Program-made: the position numbers and the translations under genes
Sequence record: SRR22947727_398
Length of the DNA: 64,000 nucleotides
Direction: 5' to 3' (one strand)
Shown: in pieces, positions 9,600-21,222 of the stretch
Position numbering within the stretch: the first letter of the stretch is position 1
How the letters are laid out: the number at the start of each line of letters is the position of its first letter
Notes under the pieces: model-generated
Database searches by the model: none
The model's input: only the letters and a program-made list of their open reading frames with translations
What the model was told of the DNA's origin: nothing

Positions 9600-10418
9600 A
9601 TGAATTATATAGATGCAAAAGATGCTGGTGATTTTCGCGATGGCACAATAAAAATTCACAGCGCTAATGATTATAAAGGCATGCGCAAAGCAGGACGTCT
9701 GGCAGCGGAATGCCTTGATATGCTAGTTTCTCTTACAAAGCCAGGAATTACTACAGAAAAAATTGATCAAGCTGCTATGGAGTTTGTTCTGGATAACGGA
9801 GCAATACCCGCATGCTTAGGATATCGCGGTTATCAACATACGGTATGCACCTCAGTGAATCACGTAGTTTGTCACGGAATACCCAACTCAAAAACTCTGA
9901 AAAATGGGGACATAGTGAATATTGATGTTACAGTTATTGTTGATGGATGGCATGGAGATACCTCAAGAATGTATCCGATTGGCGAAATCAGCAGAAAAGC
10001 TGAAAGGCTTATCAATATAACTTATGATAGTCTTATGCTTGGCATTGCAGAGGTAAAACCAGGAAAAACAACAGGAGATATAGGATACGCAATTCAAAAA
10101 TTTGCTGAAAAAGAAAGGTGTTCAGTCGTTCAAGACTTTTGCGGGCATGGGTTGGGAAAACTATTTCATGATGCACCTAATATATTACATTTTGGGCAGC
10201 AAGGCGAAGGAGAGGTTTTAAAAGAGGGTATGTTTTTTACAATCGAACCTATGATTAACCTAGGTAGACCAGATGTTAAAATCTTATCAGATGGATGGAC
10301 TGCGGTAACCCGGGACAAAAAACTAACAGCACAATTTGAACATTCTATAGGCGTTACAAAGGATGGCTATGAGATATTTACCACTTCTCCAAACGGCCTA
10401 CATAAGCCACCATATTAG
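9600..10418 (+). CDS. map: Methionine aminopeptidase type I
   Basis: CTSVNHVVCHGIP, DIVNIDVT, WHGDTSRM, GHGLG, FTIEPMIN, AQFEHSIGVT. Confidence 0.96.
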   Translation: MNYIDAKDAGDFRDGTIKIHSANDYKGMRKAGRLAAECLDMLVSLTKPGITTEKIDQAAMEFVLDNGAIPACLGYRGYQHTVCTSVNHVVCHGIPNSKTLKNGDIVNIDVTVIVDGWHGDTSRMYPIGEISRKAERLINITYDSLMLGIAEVKPGKTTGDIGYAIQKFAEKERCSVVQDFCGHGLGKLFHDAPNILHFGQQGEGEVLKEGMFFTIEPMINLGRPDVKILSDGWTAVTRDKKLTAQFEHSIGVTKDGYEIFTTSPNGLHKPPY

Positions 10419-10450
10419 AAATACTTATTTTAATCTCAAAAAGAAAAATC

Positions 10451-11779
10451 ATGAATAACTCATTATCTAAAGAGAGTAAAAACTACAGAACCACAGTACT
10501 TTGGCTGCTAACGTTGATGTATGTCATTAGCTTCATAGATAGACAAATTATAGGCATTCTATCTCCTTTTATAAAAAATGAAATGGGTCTTAGCGATGCA
10601 CAGTTAGGGTGGTTAAAGGGATTAGCCTTTGCACTTTTATATTCTATAGTAGGAATACCAATTGCTTGGTTAGCAGATAGATACAGTAGAAAGAAAATAA
10701 TCACTGTTTCTTTAATCGCGTGGAGTGGATTTACAGCACTCACAGGTATGGCTGGAAGCTTTTTACAGATGTTCCTTGCTAGAATAGGAGTGGGAATTGG
10801 AGAGGCTGGAGGTTCTCCACCATCACATTCTATTATATCCGACCTCTACCCTAAAGAAAAAAGAGCTTCAGCTCTTGGTATTTACTCCTTGGGAATACCT
10901 ATTGGAATAGGTTTTTCTTACCTGTTAGCGGGCGCTCTAGTTGAAAAATTTGGCTGGAGAGGAACATTATATATTTTAGGTGTTGCTGGAATTTTTCTGG
11001 CTATAATTTTAGCGATAATTATCAAAGAACCCAGACGGGGGCGAATGGATGGAGAAAATATAACTTTAAAAACAGTATCAATTAAGGAATCAATTTTAGT
11101 CCTAGCTAAAATACCAAGTTGGTGGGCCATGTGTATGGGAATTGCGTGGGTAAGCTTTGGCGGGTATGCAGTGTCAGCTTGGGGAGTCGATTACATTATG
11201 CGTTTCAAACCCGAATACATGCCAAGTCCAGATAACAATAAGTTTAAGTGGATTATGTTTTGGCTTGGAATGATTCATTTATTTGGATATGGGGCTGGAA
11301 CTTATTTTGGAGCTGTTATTACAGAAAAATTAGCACGTAAAAATATTAGTTTTTACGGCATTATGCCAGGAGCTGTACTCATTATTGGCGTTCCATGTCT
11401 AGTTGCAGCTTTCTGGGTTCAGAGTATTCATTTTCACCTTGCGTTAATCACTATTTACCTAATTTCTGCAGGGTTTTATCTCGGTCCAAGTTTTGCAGCA
11501 GCGCAGACACTTGCACCAATAAATATGCGGGCTATGTCTACAGCTTTATTCTTCTTGATATTAAATATCATTGCCCTTGGCGGCGGACCAACATTTGTGG
11601 GAATATTGAGTGAATTTCTTTCTGATAAATATGGCGGAACTCAAGCACTTAGACTTGCTATATCTTCATTAGTTCTTCCTTATATTCTTTCCGTGTTATC
11701 ATTCTTTTGGGCTGCAAAAACATTGCCAAAAGACTGGAAAATAGCAGACATTAGAAATAAAAAACTAGCGAACGAATAA
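10451..11779 (+). CDS. MFS transporter (spinster-like)
   Basis: SFIDRQII, WLADRYSRK motif A, ARIGVGIGEAG, ISDLYPKEKRASA; about 12 hydrophobic segments. Confidence 0.88.
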   Translation: MNNSLSKESKNYRTTVLWLLTLMYVISFIDRQIIGILSPFIKNEMGLSDAQLGWLKGLAFALLYSIVGIPIAWLADRYSRKKIITVSLIAWSGFTALTGMAGSFLQMFLARIGVGIGEAGGSPPSHSIISDLYPKEKRASALGIYSLGIPIGIGFSYLLAGALVEKFGWRGTLYILGVAGIFLAIILAIIIKEPRRGRMDGENITLKTVSIKESILVLAKIPSWWAMCMGIAWVSFGGYAVSAWGVDYIMRFKPEYMPSPDNNKFKWIMFWLGMIHLFGYGAGTYFGAVITEKLARKNISFYGIMPGAVLIIGVPCLVAAFWVQSIHFHLALITIYLISAGFYLGPSFAAAQTLAPINMRAMSTALFFLILNIIALGGGPTFVGILSEFLSDKYGGTQALRLAISSLVLPYILSVLSFFWAAKTLPKDWKIADIRNKKLANE

Positions 11780-11852
11780 CTAATTAAAATTATGTTAACC
11801 AAATGCCTAATCTTCCCTTAAAAGCAAATAACAAATACACAGTGAGTTAATT

Positions 11853-13178
11853 ATGATAAATCGATATGCACGCAAAGAAATGACTAAAATATGGTCCGCG
11901 GCAGCAAAATATAAAATTTGGTTTGAAATTGAAGCCCATGGATGTGATGCACTCGCTGAAATTGGCATTATTCCTAAAGAATCCGCAGAAAACATTTGGA
12001 AACGAGGCGGAAATATCCAGTTTGATGTTTCAAAAATTGATGCAATTGAAAAAGAAGTTAAACATGATGTAATAGCATTTTTAACTCACTTAGCTGAATT
12101 CATAGGTGAGGACTCCCGATTTGTTCATCAAGGTTTCACAAGCTCAGATATACTTGACACAACTCTGTCAGTTCAACTCACCAGAGCTACAGACATTCTG
12201 CTTTTAGGAATTGATAGAGTATTAGAGGCACTAAAGACCCTTGCATTCCTACACAAGAATACAATTACTATAGGTAGAAGCCATGGAATTCATGCAGAAC
12301 CCACAACATTCGGAGTAAAACTTGCTAGGTTTTATGCAGAATTTTCACGAAATAAAATAAGGTTATTATCAGCACGCAAAGAAATATCTGTATGCGCTAT
12401 ATCTGGTGCAATCGGTACTTTTGCAAATATAGATCCATCAGTCGAGCAACATGTAGCAGAAAAAATGGGACTAAGTGTAGAGCCTGTATCTTCACAAATC
12501 ATTCCGCGGGACAGGCATGCGGCATATTTTTCAACTCTTGGTGTTATTGCAAGTTCAATAGAAAACGTTGCGGTAGAAATTAGACATCTTCAAAGAACTG
12601 AAGTTCTCGAAGTGGAAGAATTTTTTTCCAAAGGTCAAAAAGGTTCATCTGCTATGCCCCATAAGAGAAACCCAGTGTTAACAGAAAATCTAACAGGCTT
12701 AGCTAGACTTGTCAGAATGGCGGTTACACCCGCTTTGGAAAATGTAGCTTTATGGCATGAGCGTGATATTTCTCACAGTTCAGTAGAACGAGGAATTGCA
12801 TCTGATACAACAGCGCACCTGGATTTTGCTCTGAATAGATTAGCTGGAGTTATTGAGAATCTAGTTGTCTACCCGGAAAAAATGAAATCTAATATGGATA
12901 GGTTGGGTGGTTTACATAACAGTCAGAGACTTTTACTTGCCCTAACTCAAGCCGGAGAGCAAAGAGAAAGTGCTTATAGATTAGTTCAAAGGAATGCCAT
13001 GAAAGTGTGGGAAGTGTTTCGCAATGAAGGAAGCGCAGGTGAAGGTTCTTTCAAGGCATTGATTTTATCTGATGCGGATATAATGAACTTGCTTACAGAT
13101 AATCAAGTACAGAGTATGTTTGATGATGAATATCATTTAAAGTATGTTGAGACAATTTTCTCACGTATATTCGATTAG
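11853..13178 (+). CDS. purB: Adenylosuccinate lyase
   Basis: KHDVIAF, GRSHGIHAEPTTFG, GSSAMPHKRNP fumarase-superfamily signature. Confidence 0.97.
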   Translation: MINRYARKEMTKIWSAAAKYKIWFEIEAHGCDALAEIGIIPKESAENIWKRGGNIQFDVSKIDAIEKEVKHDVIAFLTHLAEFIGEDSRFVHQGFTSSDILDTTLSVQLTRATDILLLGIDRVLEALKTLAFLHKNTITIGRSHGIHAEPTTFGVKLARFYAEFSRNKIRLLSARKEISVCAISGAIGTFANIDPSVEQHVAEKMGLSVEPVSSQIIPRDRHAAYFSTLGVIASSIENVAVEIRHLQRTEVLEVEEFFSKGQKGSSAMPHKRNPVLTENLTGLARLVRMAVTPALENVALWHERDISHSSVERGIASDTTAHLDFALNRLAGVIENLVVYPEKMKSNMDRLGGLHNSQRLLLALTQAGEQRESAYRLVQRNAMKVWEVFRNEGSAGEGSFKALILSDADIMNLLTDNQVQSMFDDEYHLKYVETIFSRIFD

Positions 13179-13291
13179 ATAAATTTTGCTGTTTCAACAA
13201 TTAAAAAACTGATGAACGTTGCTGTTATTAGATGAATAAGCTATAGATTATTTTTAATTGCTGCACGAATCGCGGCTGAAAAGAGATCAAT

Positions 13292-14068
13292 ATGAATCGT
13301 CGAAAAAAAATCTATGAAGGTAAAGCAAAAATACTTTACGAAGGTCCCGAACCAGGAACATTAGTTCAATACTTTAAAGACGATGCAACAGCCTTCAACG
13401 CACAAAAAAAAGCTACACTCGATGGCAAAGGGGTTTTAAACAATAGAATATCGGAGTTTGTAATGTTACGCTTGTCCGAAATAGGAATACCCACACATTT
13501 TCTAAAACGGATTAATATGCGTGAGCAATTAATTAAAAAAGTTGAAATAATCCCACTCGAGGTTATTTGCCGTAACACAGCTGCCGGTACAATGTCTAAA
13601 AGATTAGGTATTGAGGAAGGCGAAAAACTACCGCGATCAATAGTTGAGTTTTGTCTCAAACGTGATGACTTAGGTGACCCCTTGGTATCAGAAGAACATA
13701 TACATGCATTCGGTTGGGCTACTCATTCTGAATTAGATGAAATGATTGCAATGACACTTCGTATCAATGATTACTTACAGGGCATGTTTGCCGGCATAGG
13801 GATTAACCTGATAGACTTCAAAATAGAATTTGGACGATTACCCGACCTTAATGGTGGTCATCAAGTTATACTAGCTGATGAAATTAGTCCAGATAGTTGC
13901 AGACTTTGGGATAGAGAAACTAACAAAAAATTAGACAAGGATAGATTTCGTAGAGACTTAGGAAATGTAACAGAAGCCTATACAGAAGTTGCCACTCGTT
14001 TAGGAATTCTTCAATCAAATCCTCCTAAGGGCAAACCCACTCTTTCCGTAGTAACAAACGAAGAATAG
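13292..14068 (+). CDS. purC: Phosphoribosylaminoimidazole-succinocarboxamide synthase
   Basis: [43 protein letters not shown]. Confidence 0.97.
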   Translation: MNRRKKIYEGKAKILYEGPEPGTLVQYFKDDATAFNAQKKATLDGKGVLNNRISEFVMLRLSEIGIPTHFLKRINMREQLIKKVEIIPLEVICRNTAAGTMSKRLGIEEGEKLPRSIVEFCLKRDDLGDPLVSEEHIHAFGWATHSELDEMIAMTLRINDYLQGMFAGIGINLIDFKIEFGRLPDLNGGHQVILADEISPDSCRLWDRETNKKLDKDRFRRDLGNVTEAYTEVATRLGILQSNPPKGKPTLSVVTNEE

Positions 14069-14078
14069 CGAGTAATCA

Positions 14079-14321
14079 ATGAAAGCAATAATTCATATAG
14101 GCCTTAAACCTGGTGTTCTAGATCCTCAAGGAAGAGCTATTTCCCGATCACTCAATGATTTAGGGTTTAGCGAAGTAATTAATGCCCGCCAAGGAAAAGT
14201 AATAGAAATAGATATAAAAGGTAAGGACTTAAATATAGCACATAAAAGAGTTACTGAGATGTGTGAAAAATTATTAGCAAATACCGTAATAGAAAGTTAT
14301 CTCATAGAGATTAAGAAATAA
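14079..14321 (+). CDS. purS: FGAM synthase subunit PurS
   Basis: [20 protein letters not shown]; lies between purC and purQ. Confidence 0.94.
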   Translation: MKAIIHIGLKPGVLDPQGRAISRSLNDLGFSEVINARQGKVIEIDIKGKDLNIAHKRVTEMCEKLLANTVIESYLIEIKK

Positions 14322-14983
14322 TGCGAACAGCAGTCATCACCTTCCCTGCCTCTAACTGCGACCGCGATGCAGCTGTAGCTCTTCAAAAAGTTACAGGTGT
14401 AAAGCCCTTGATGGTTTGGCATCGAGAGACTGAGCTCCCAAGCGATATTGAATTTGTGATTATACCTGGCGGATTTTCTTATGGCGATTATCTTAGATGC
14501 GGAGCAATTGCCTCTCGATCACCAATAGTTGCAGACCTTGTGAAGAAATCTAAAAAAGGCTTAGCAATTGCTGGTTTCTGTAATGGATTTCAAGTTTTAA
14601 CGGAGGCTGGCCTACTACCAGGTGCACTTATGAGAAACAAAGGCTTAAAGTTTGTTTGTCGACCTGAAAAATTAGAAATAGTTAATAGTACCTCGCGGTA
14701 TACATCAAAATATAATGATCAATCAGAGGTGGTTTACCCTGTAGCACATCATGACGGTAATTATTATGCAGACAAAGAAGTCCTCAGTAAAATTGAAGGT
14801 CAAGGGCAAGTAATATTTCGATACACTGATAACCCCAACGGTTCGATAAATAATATAGCTGGAATATGCAATGAAGATGGAAACGTGTTTGGCATGATGC
14901 CGCACCCAGAACGCGCAATTGATCCATTACACGGTGGTACCGATGGAATTAAATTATTTAAATCAATTATTGAGTCTATTTAA
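14321..14983 (+). CDS. purQ: FGAM synthase glutaminase subunit PurQ
   Basis: [31 protein letters not shown]. Confidence 0.96.
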   Translation: MRTAVITFPASNCDRDAAVALQKVTGVKPLMVWHRETELPSDIEFVIIPGGFSYGDYLRCGAIASRSPIVADLVKKSKKGLAIAGFCNGFQVLTEAGLLPGALMRNKGLKFVCRPEKLEIVNSTSRYTSKYNDQSEVVYPVAHHDGNYYADKEVLSKIEGQGQVIFRYTDNPNGSINNIAGICNEDGNVFGMMPHPERAIDPLHGGTDGIKLFKSIIESI

Positions 14984-17184
14984 TGAACATTAAGGTGAAA
15001 ATTACTCCCGAAGTAGTGGCTGAGCATGGTCTTTCTGAGGAAGAATATAAAGTAATCCAAGACCGACTTGGGAGGGAGCCTAACATAAATGAATTAGGAA
15101 TATTTTCGGTCATGTGGTCAGAGCATTGCTCATACAAGTCTTCACGTCGACACCTTAGCAAGTTTTTGACTAAAGGCGATAGAGTAATTCAAGGACCAGG
15201 CGAGAATGCCGGCGTAATCGACATAGATGATGGGGATGCAATAATCTTTAAAATGGAATCCCACAATCACCCATCATATATCGAGCCATATCAAGGCGCA
15301 GCTACTGGGGTCGGTGGTATCATGCGCGATGTCTTCACGATGGGAGCCAGACCAATTGCATTAATGAACGCATTGAGATTCGGTGAGCATTCTCACTGGA
15401 AGACCAAGCAGTTAGTAAATGGTGTAGTAGCCGGAATCGGTGGATATGGGAATTGTGTCGGAGTGCCCACTGTAGGTGGCGAAACAAACTTTCACAAAGG
15501 TTACAATGGAAATATATTAGTCAATGCTATGTGCGTGGGTTTAGCACGAACGGACAAGGTTTTCTATTCAGCAGCTAAAGGTGTTGGCAACCCAATATTT
15601 TATGTAGGTTCAAAAACAGGTCGCGATGGAATTCATGGAGCAACTATGGCCTCTGCTGAGTTTGATGATAATTCTGAGGAAAAGCGGCCAACAGTTCAAG
15701 TCGGTGATCCATTCACCGAAAAACTACTCATTGAGGCATGCTTGGAATTAATGGAAACAGATGCAATTATAGCCATTCAAGACATGGGGGCCGCTGGCCT
15801 TACATCATCATCGATAGAAATGGCTGATAAAGGTGGTGTAGGAGTTATGATTAATCTCGATGATGTGCCGCAACGTGAAGAAGGTATGACACCCTATGAA
15901 ATGATGCTTTCTGAATCTCAAGAACGAATGCTGATGGTTATCAAGCCAGGTAAAGAAAAATTAGCATATGAAGTTTTTGAGAAGTGGGAGCTTGATGTAG
16001 CGTTGATTGGTAAAACCACCAATACAGGCAGATTAGTTCTAAAGCACAAAAAGAAAAAGGTTTGCGATATCCCCATAGCCCCATTAGCAGATGACGCACC
16101 CAACTTAAACAGGCCTTATAAAATACCAAAACCCCTACCCATTATCAACTCCACAGATATTCATGAAACCCAAGATTATAATGATGCTCTACTTAGAATT
16201 ATGGGAAGTCCAGATATTTGTTCGAAAAGATGGATATGGGAACAATATGACCGCCATGTCATGACAGATACTCTTGACAGCAGTCAAAGCGGTGGCGATG
16301 CTGCAGTAATAAGAATACACAATAAAAACAAAGCTGTAGCTATAACAACAGATTGCACTCCTAGATATGTACAAGCTGACCCATACCAAGGCGGAAAACA
16401 ATGTGTTGCAGAAACATGGAGAAACCTTACTTGCGTAGGCGCTGACCCAATAGCTATTACTGACTGTTTAAATTTTGGAAATCCAGAGCGAGAGGATATT
16501 ATGGGTCAATTTGTTGGCGCCATTGAAGGCATGAATGAAGCATGCAGAGCTTTCAATTACCCAGTTGTTTCGGGTAATGTATCTCTTTATAATGAAACTA
16601 ATGGAGTTGCTATCCCTCCAACGCCAGCTGTTGGTGGTGTTGGCCTAATCCCTGACCTAGAATATTTTTCATCCATTTCGGGTGCAAAAGAAGGTGATAC
16701 TCTCATAATGGTTGGCGAAACCAAAGGATGGTTAGGGTCATCAATATATCTACGCGAAATACTTAGAAGAGAAGAAGGTGCACCGCCTCCCGTAGATCTT
16801 GATGTAGAAAAAATAAACGGTGATTACATTAGAAAGCTTATCAGAAACAAACGTGTTAATGCTATACATGATTGTTCTGATGGTGGAATGGCTATAGCCG
16901 CATGCGAGTTAGCACTTACAAATAATATTGGTGTTCATTTAAATCGCTCTTCAGGTTGTCCATCACATGCTTGGTTATTTGGTGAGGATCAAGCAAGATA
17001 TTTGATATCGGTTGATGAAAATAGTATAAACCCCATTTTAACAACCGCCGAAGACAGGGGCGTGAAAGCATATATAGTAGGAAAAGTCGGGGGTATGAAT
17101 ATAAAAGCAGAAGGAGCTTTTGATTTGCCAATTGCAACAGTTCGTGAAAAACATGAAAACTTCTTACCAAAATTAATGTCCTAA
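14983..17184 (+). CDS. purL: FGAM synthase subunit PurL
   Basis: [43 protein letters not shown]. Confidence 0.97.
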   Translation: MNIKVKITPEVVAEHGLSEEEYKVIQDRLGREPNINELGIFSVMWSEHCSYKSSRRHLSKFLTKGDRVIQGPGENAGVIDIDDGDAIIFKMESHNHPSYIEPYQGAATGVGGIMRDVFTMGARPIALMNALRFGEHSHWKTKQLVNGVVAGIGGYGNCVGVPTVGGETNFHKGYNGNILVNAMCVGLARTDKVFYSAAKGVGNPIFYVGSKTGRDGIHGATMASAEFDDNSEEKRPTVQVGDPFTEKLLIEACLELMETDAIIAIQDMGAAGLTSSSIEMADKGGVGVMINLDDVPQREEGMTPYEMMLSESQERMLMVIKPGKEKLAYEVFEKWELDVALIGKTTNTGRLVLKHKKKKVCDIPIAPLADDAPNLNRPYKIPKPLPIINSTDIHETQDYNDALLRIMGSPDICSKRWIWEQYDRHVMTDTLDSSQSGGDAAVIRIHNKNKAVAITTDCTPRYVQADPYQGGKQCVAETWRNLTCVGADPIAITDCLNFGNPEREDIMGQFVGAIEGMNEACRAFNYPVVSGNVSLYNETNGVAIPPTPAVGGVGLIPDLEYFSSISGAKEGDTLIMVGETKGWLGSSIYLREILRREEGAPPPVDLDVEKINGDYIRKLIRNKRVNAIHDCSDGGMAIAACELALTNNIGVHLNRSSGCPSHAWLFGEDQARYLISVDENSINPILTTAEDRGVKAYIVGKVGGMNIKAEGAFDLPIATVREKHENFLPKLMS

Positions 17185-17423
17185 TGAGTATGCTCGGTAA
17201 AGATATCGCCGATTTAATTATTAAATCCATACCCGACGCAAAAGTTGAAATGATTGACCTAGCTGGTGACAACAATCATTGGAAAGCCATTGTCATAAGT
17301 AAATCTTTTCAGGGTCTTAATAGAGTTCGGCAACACCAGATGGTATACCAAGCGCTAGAAGGAAAAATGGACGGCTCTGATGGTGAGCTTCATGCACTAG
17401 CATTAGAAACTAGGGTAGATTAA
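17184..17423 (+). CDS. bolA: BolA family protein
   Basis: DLAGDNNHW, SFQGLNRVRQHQMVYQAL, LHALAL; start overlaps the purL stop. Confidence 0.9.
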   Translation: MSMLGKDIADLIIKSIPDAKVEMIDLAGDNNHWKAIVISKSFQGLNRVRQHQMVYQALEGKMDGSDGELHALALETRVD

Positions 17424-17430
17424 AAATACC

Positions 17431-19002
17431 CTATATTTCACACTGTTCTTCAAAAGAAGGCTTTAATAGCTCCACGTGATTAAATAATGAATACTTATCT
17501 TTATCCGGATCTGTTTCTGCTTGTTTTTTAACGGTTTCAAAATATTTGCAGGCAGCAGTTAATTTTCCAGACTTTAAATATACATTAGCAAGGTTTAAGG
17601 TTTGAGATGGGTCAAAGCCTTTATCATGAACCTCCTCATAAACGATTGCAGCATTTCGAGCAGCTGAGGTTAAAGGTATATCTGAGGAACCGTATATTCG
17701 CAGTAAATGATCTGTAGAAGTGAAATCCTCGTCATTATATTTTAATACTGTTTCAAAATGATTTATTGAAATTTCTAAATCTTCATTGAGAGTATACAAT
17801 CTAGGCTCTGTATCTTCTAATTCTTCGAACTTTGAATCATGAGACTTATGAAAGTATATATCGCCTAATATTCTTAATGAGTTAATATTATCGCGTTCAA
17901 GCCCCAAGGCAGATTGAGCGTATTTAATCGCATCATCATAGTTCTCTTTATGTTGATAATAAAGTGATCTGGCATTCATAGATTCAGAAGTTTGACCAAA
18001 CTCTTTTTCATAACTATTTATTTTTTTTACATATGAGGAAAGAGTGCTTTTTTTTAAAAAATTTCTCTGCCCCAATGCCATCTGCATATTTACTTCGCCA
18101 GCAGATAATTTTTTTCTGGAAACCTTAACTTTAAAAAAGTCTGGTCCAGGTCTATATTGCTGAACACTGAATTTATCACTTTCAAAATACTTTTTGGCAG
18201 CTTTGTGAAAATCCTTAGCTTTCATACCAAAACCCTCTTCGAAAGCTTCAATAGGGTCATTACCACCCCTTATAAGTTCTAGGTAGGCCCCTAATCTTCT
18301 ATTTAATTTCGTATTTGCTTGCAGGTAGGAAACATATAACCAACTTTGTGCATAAAATTGGTTCATCATCATACCTCTTTTTCTAGGGGATTTATCAGAA
18401 AATGGGTACACGCGTATTGAGCTTATTACATCTTCGATATCTACCCATTTAAAACCATCCCCCATCAACCATCTCGCATGTTTAGCACAAGCGCTTCCCA
18501 TCTCAAGAACATTGCCTTCATACATCTTGAAACATCCAAGATAGTTCGCATGTCCTTCATCATACCAACGCGGATAAGAACCCTCCATGTAGTAATGGAG
18601 AACATGGTGGCTATATTCATGAAGCATCACTTGATTATCAAAGCTATTTTGTTTCTCGTTACTGGCTATTGTTGTCGCCATCATAGGACGGCCTTCATAG
18701 TCACTAGTATAAATTCCAGCCACCTGGCGTACTCCAACATAACTTCTAAGTTGAGCACCATTATCAAAAGCATAAATGGTTATTTTTTCTTCATCATCAA
18801 TGTATGGATCTAAACCGCCTAATGTCATAATCAGTCTACGGTATATCTCCATTTTTTCTAATGTTTGCTTAGCTATTTTAGGAGAGACATCTCCATATAA
18901 TATAATATTATTAGACTCAGCTTTTAGCGGTGCAGCAGTTACAGAGACTGAATAAAATATACTAAGAAGGGATAATATGAGTAATGAAGTTTTCTTTAGC
19001 AC
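17431..19002 (-). CDS. Secreted protein with gluzincin-like HExxH...E domain and C-terminal TPR-like helices
   Basis: Signal peptide; MLHEYSHH followed by YPRWYDEGHANY; FYAQSWLYVSYL; helical repeats (YDDAIKYAQSAL, LGDIY, LANVYLKSG); AAAGGA SD before the GTG start. Confidence 0.65.
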   Translation of the reverse strand: MLKKTSLLILSLLSIFYSVSVTAAPLKAESNNIILYGDVSPKIAKQTLEKMEIYRRLIMTLGGLDPYIDDEEKITIYAFDNGAQLRSYVGVRQVAGIYTSDYEGRPMMATTIASNEKQNSFDNQVMLHEYSHHVLHYYMEGSYPRWYDEGHANYLGCFKMYEGNVLEMGSACAKHARWLMGDGFKWVDIEDVISSIRVYPFSDKSPRKRGMMMNQFYAQSWLYVSYLQANTKLNRRLGAYLELIRGGNDPIEAFEEGFGMKAKDFHKAAKKYFESDKFSVQQYRPGPDFFKVKVSRKKLSAGEVNMQMALGQRNFLKKSTLSSYVKKINSYEKEFGQTSESMNARSLYYQHKENYDDAIKYAQSALGLERDNINSLRILGDIYFHKSHDSKFEELEDTEPRLYTLNEDLEISINHFETVLKYNDEDFTSTDHLLRIYGSSDIPLTSAARNAAIVYEEVHDKGFDPSQTLNLANVYLKSGKLTAACKYFETVKKQAETDPDKDKYSLFNHVELLKPSFEEQCEI

Positions 19003-19163
19003 GTTAGTCCTTTAGTTTTTGTTATAGTATATGTATTCAAATTTATTTTATCTAGGTCAAGTATATCTGTAGTTTTTCTCTATTGTTTTTAATATTTATC
19101 AACTAAACTATTGATATCCTATTAGATAAACCATACTTGTCTAATTAACAAAAAGGAAAACTC

Positions 19164-19496
19164 ATGTCAGTTAATGATATCATAAGTAAAACGATCAATG
19201 ATAACAATGTTGTCATCTATATGAAGGGCACACCAGTATTTCCTCAGTGTGGTTTTTCATCAACGGTAGTTCAAATATTTGATTATCTGGGCGTAAAATA
19301 TGAAAGTGTTAACGTACTTGAAAATGCCGAAATAAGACAAGGCATCAAAGACTATAACAATTGGCCAACTATTCCACAAATTTTCGTCAAAGGGGAATTT
19401 ATAGGGGGCTGTGATATCGTAAAAGATATGTTCGAAACAGGCGAAATGCGCCAGTTTCTAGACTCCAATGGAATAGAAACTGAAGCGCAAAATTAA
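19164..19496 (+). CDS. grxD: Monothiol glutaredoxin Grx4
   Basis: MKGTPVFPQCGFS, WPTIPQ, GGCDI. Confidence 0.95.
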   Translation: MSVNDIISKTINDNNVVIYMKGTPVFPQCGFSSTVVQIFDYLGVKYESVNVLENAEIRQGIKDYNNWPTIPQIFVKGEFIGGCDIVKDMFETGEMRQFLDSNGIETEAQN

Positions 19497-19514
19497 CCTA
19501 ATCGTTAGGTATAA

Positions 19515-20135
19515 TTATCTTGAATAGAATTCGACCACTAGGTTTGGCTCCATTACTACTGGATAAGGAACTTCATCAAAACTAGGAATTCGTGTAAATG
19601 TTGACTTCATTCCTTTAGGATCTACGCTAATATAGTCAGGAAGATCTCGTTCAGCACTTTCTAAAGCTTCAAGTACAAGAGCCATAGTTCTTGATTTTTC
19701 GCGAACCTCAATTACGTCTCCTTCACAACATCTATAAGAAGGTATATTAACTTTTTTACCATTAACTAGTACATGTCCATGATTTACAAACTGACGAGCA
19801 GCAAACACAGTAGGCACAAACTTAGAACGATACACTAAAGTATCTAATCGTCTTTCAAGCAAGCCTATAAGGTTTTCAGATGCATCCCCTCTTTGACGTG
19901 TAGCCTCATCATAAGTTCTTCTGAACTGTTTTTCTGTAATATTACCGTAATAACCTTTAAGCTTCTGTTTAGCACGTAACTGAGTACCAAAATCAGACAT
20001 TTTACCACGACGGGCATTAGCACCGTGCTGACCAGGCGCGTAAGCCCTTTTGTTAACAGGTGACTTAGGTCGACCCCATATATTTTCGCCCATACGGCGA
20101 TCTATTTTATATTTTGTGGACTGGCGCTTAGACAT
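19515..20135 (-). CDS. rpsD: 30S ribosomal protein S4
   Basis: [42 protein letters not shown]. Confidence 0.97.
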   Translation of the reverse strand: MSKRQSTKYKIDRRMGENIWGRPKSPVNKRAYAPGQHGANARRGKMSDFGTQLRAKQKLKGYYGNITEKQFRRTYDEATRQRGDASENLIGLLERRLDTLVYRSKFVPTVFAARQFVNHGHVLVNGKKVNIPSYRCCEGDVIEVREKSRTMALVLEALESAERDLPDYISVDPKGMKSTFTRIPSFDEVPYPVVMEPNLVVEFYSR

Positions 20136-20255
20136 GCGTTTTAACTTTCAATTCGACCTAGCCCGGCTAAACAATTCATTTGTTAGCGATCTCAACGGCG
20201 TGACTACATCGTTCCGTAATTGAGCGCCTTCTAAAATAATACATACACAAGTCAA
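20136..20255 (-). promoter_or_regulatory. rpsD promoter and structured 5' leader
   Basis: Minus strand TTGACT (20255-20250)...TAGAAG followed by GCGC; the leader contains inverted repeats CTCAA(TT)ACGG...CCGTTGAG and GCTAACAA...TTGTTTAGC. Confidence 0.5.
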
Positions 20256-20307
20256 GTTAAATATATAAAGGATCAAGTATTGAATAATTATTTATCTGTG
20301 ACATGGA

Positions 20308-21210
20308 ATGCTAATGAAAATTGAAAATCAAAAAAAAATTGATGACGCTGGAGTTGGCTTGTTATCTGGTATATTAGCATATACATTTTGGGGGTTTTTT
20401 CCAATATATTTCAAAATAACTCAAGAGGCAGATCCTATGGAGATATTATCCCATAGAATAGCTTGGTCCGTTCCTTTTGCTTTGATTATAATAGTAATCA
20501 GAAAACAATGGCACGAAATAAGCACTGCACTTAGGAAACCCAAATTATTAGTTACTTTATTTTTATCGGCAATCGCATTATCGATAAATTGGGGTGTATT
20601 CATTTTTGCTGTGCAAAATGATCAAATATTTCAAGCTAGCCTGGGTTACTTTATAAATCCACTAATGTATATTCTCATTGGAGTACTAGTTTTTAAAGAA
20701 AAACTTTCAGTATTCCAAAATTTTTCTATACTCCTTGCATTTATTGGAGTTTTCGTTCTTGCATTATACGGGGGCGTTTTTCCTTATATATCTCTCATAC
20801 TTGCTGTAAGTTTTTCGATTTATGGTGTAATAAGAAAACAAGCGGATATTAGCTCCATACCTGGCTTAATAATAGAAACAGCCATTCTATTTATACCTGC
20901 AGGATTATTCATTGCATGGTTAGCATCTTCAAATAATCTAACTTTTGGAAACGCACCTAAAATTACAATGCTATTAATTTTAGCTGGCCCCCTCACAGTA
21001 CTTCCGCTTTGGGCTTTTACTATTGCAGCTAAAAAACTCAAGCTAACGACTTTGGGTATGTTGCAATACATCGGTCCTACAGGACAATTTATTCTTGCCA
21101 TGTATTATGGAGAAAATTTTACCCTAGCTCATGCAATATGTTTTGGGTTTATTTGGCTAGGAATAATTTTATATAGTTATGATAGTTATCTTGGCTACTC
21201 AAAAAAATAA
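20308..21210 (+). CDS. rarD: EamA/RarD family transporter
   Basis: WGFFPIYFK, EILSHRIAWS, QASLGYFINPL, FSIYGVIRK, GMLQYIGPT. Confidence 0.9.
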   Translation: MLMKIENQKKIDDAGVGLLSGILAYTFWGFFPIYFKITQEADPMEILSHRIAWSVPFALIIIVIRKQWHEISTALRKPKLLVTLFLSAIALSINWGVFIFAVQNDQIFQASLGYFINPLMYILIGVLVFKEKLSVFQNFSILLAFIGVFVLALYGGVFPYISLILAVSFSIYGVIRKQADISSIPGLIIETAILFIPAGLFIAWLASSNNLTFGNAPKITMLLILAGPLTVLPLWAFTIAAKKLKLTTLGMLQYIGPTGQFILAMYYGENFTLAHAICFGFIWLGIILYSYDSYLGYSKK

Positions 21211-21222
21211 TATCAGCTATAT

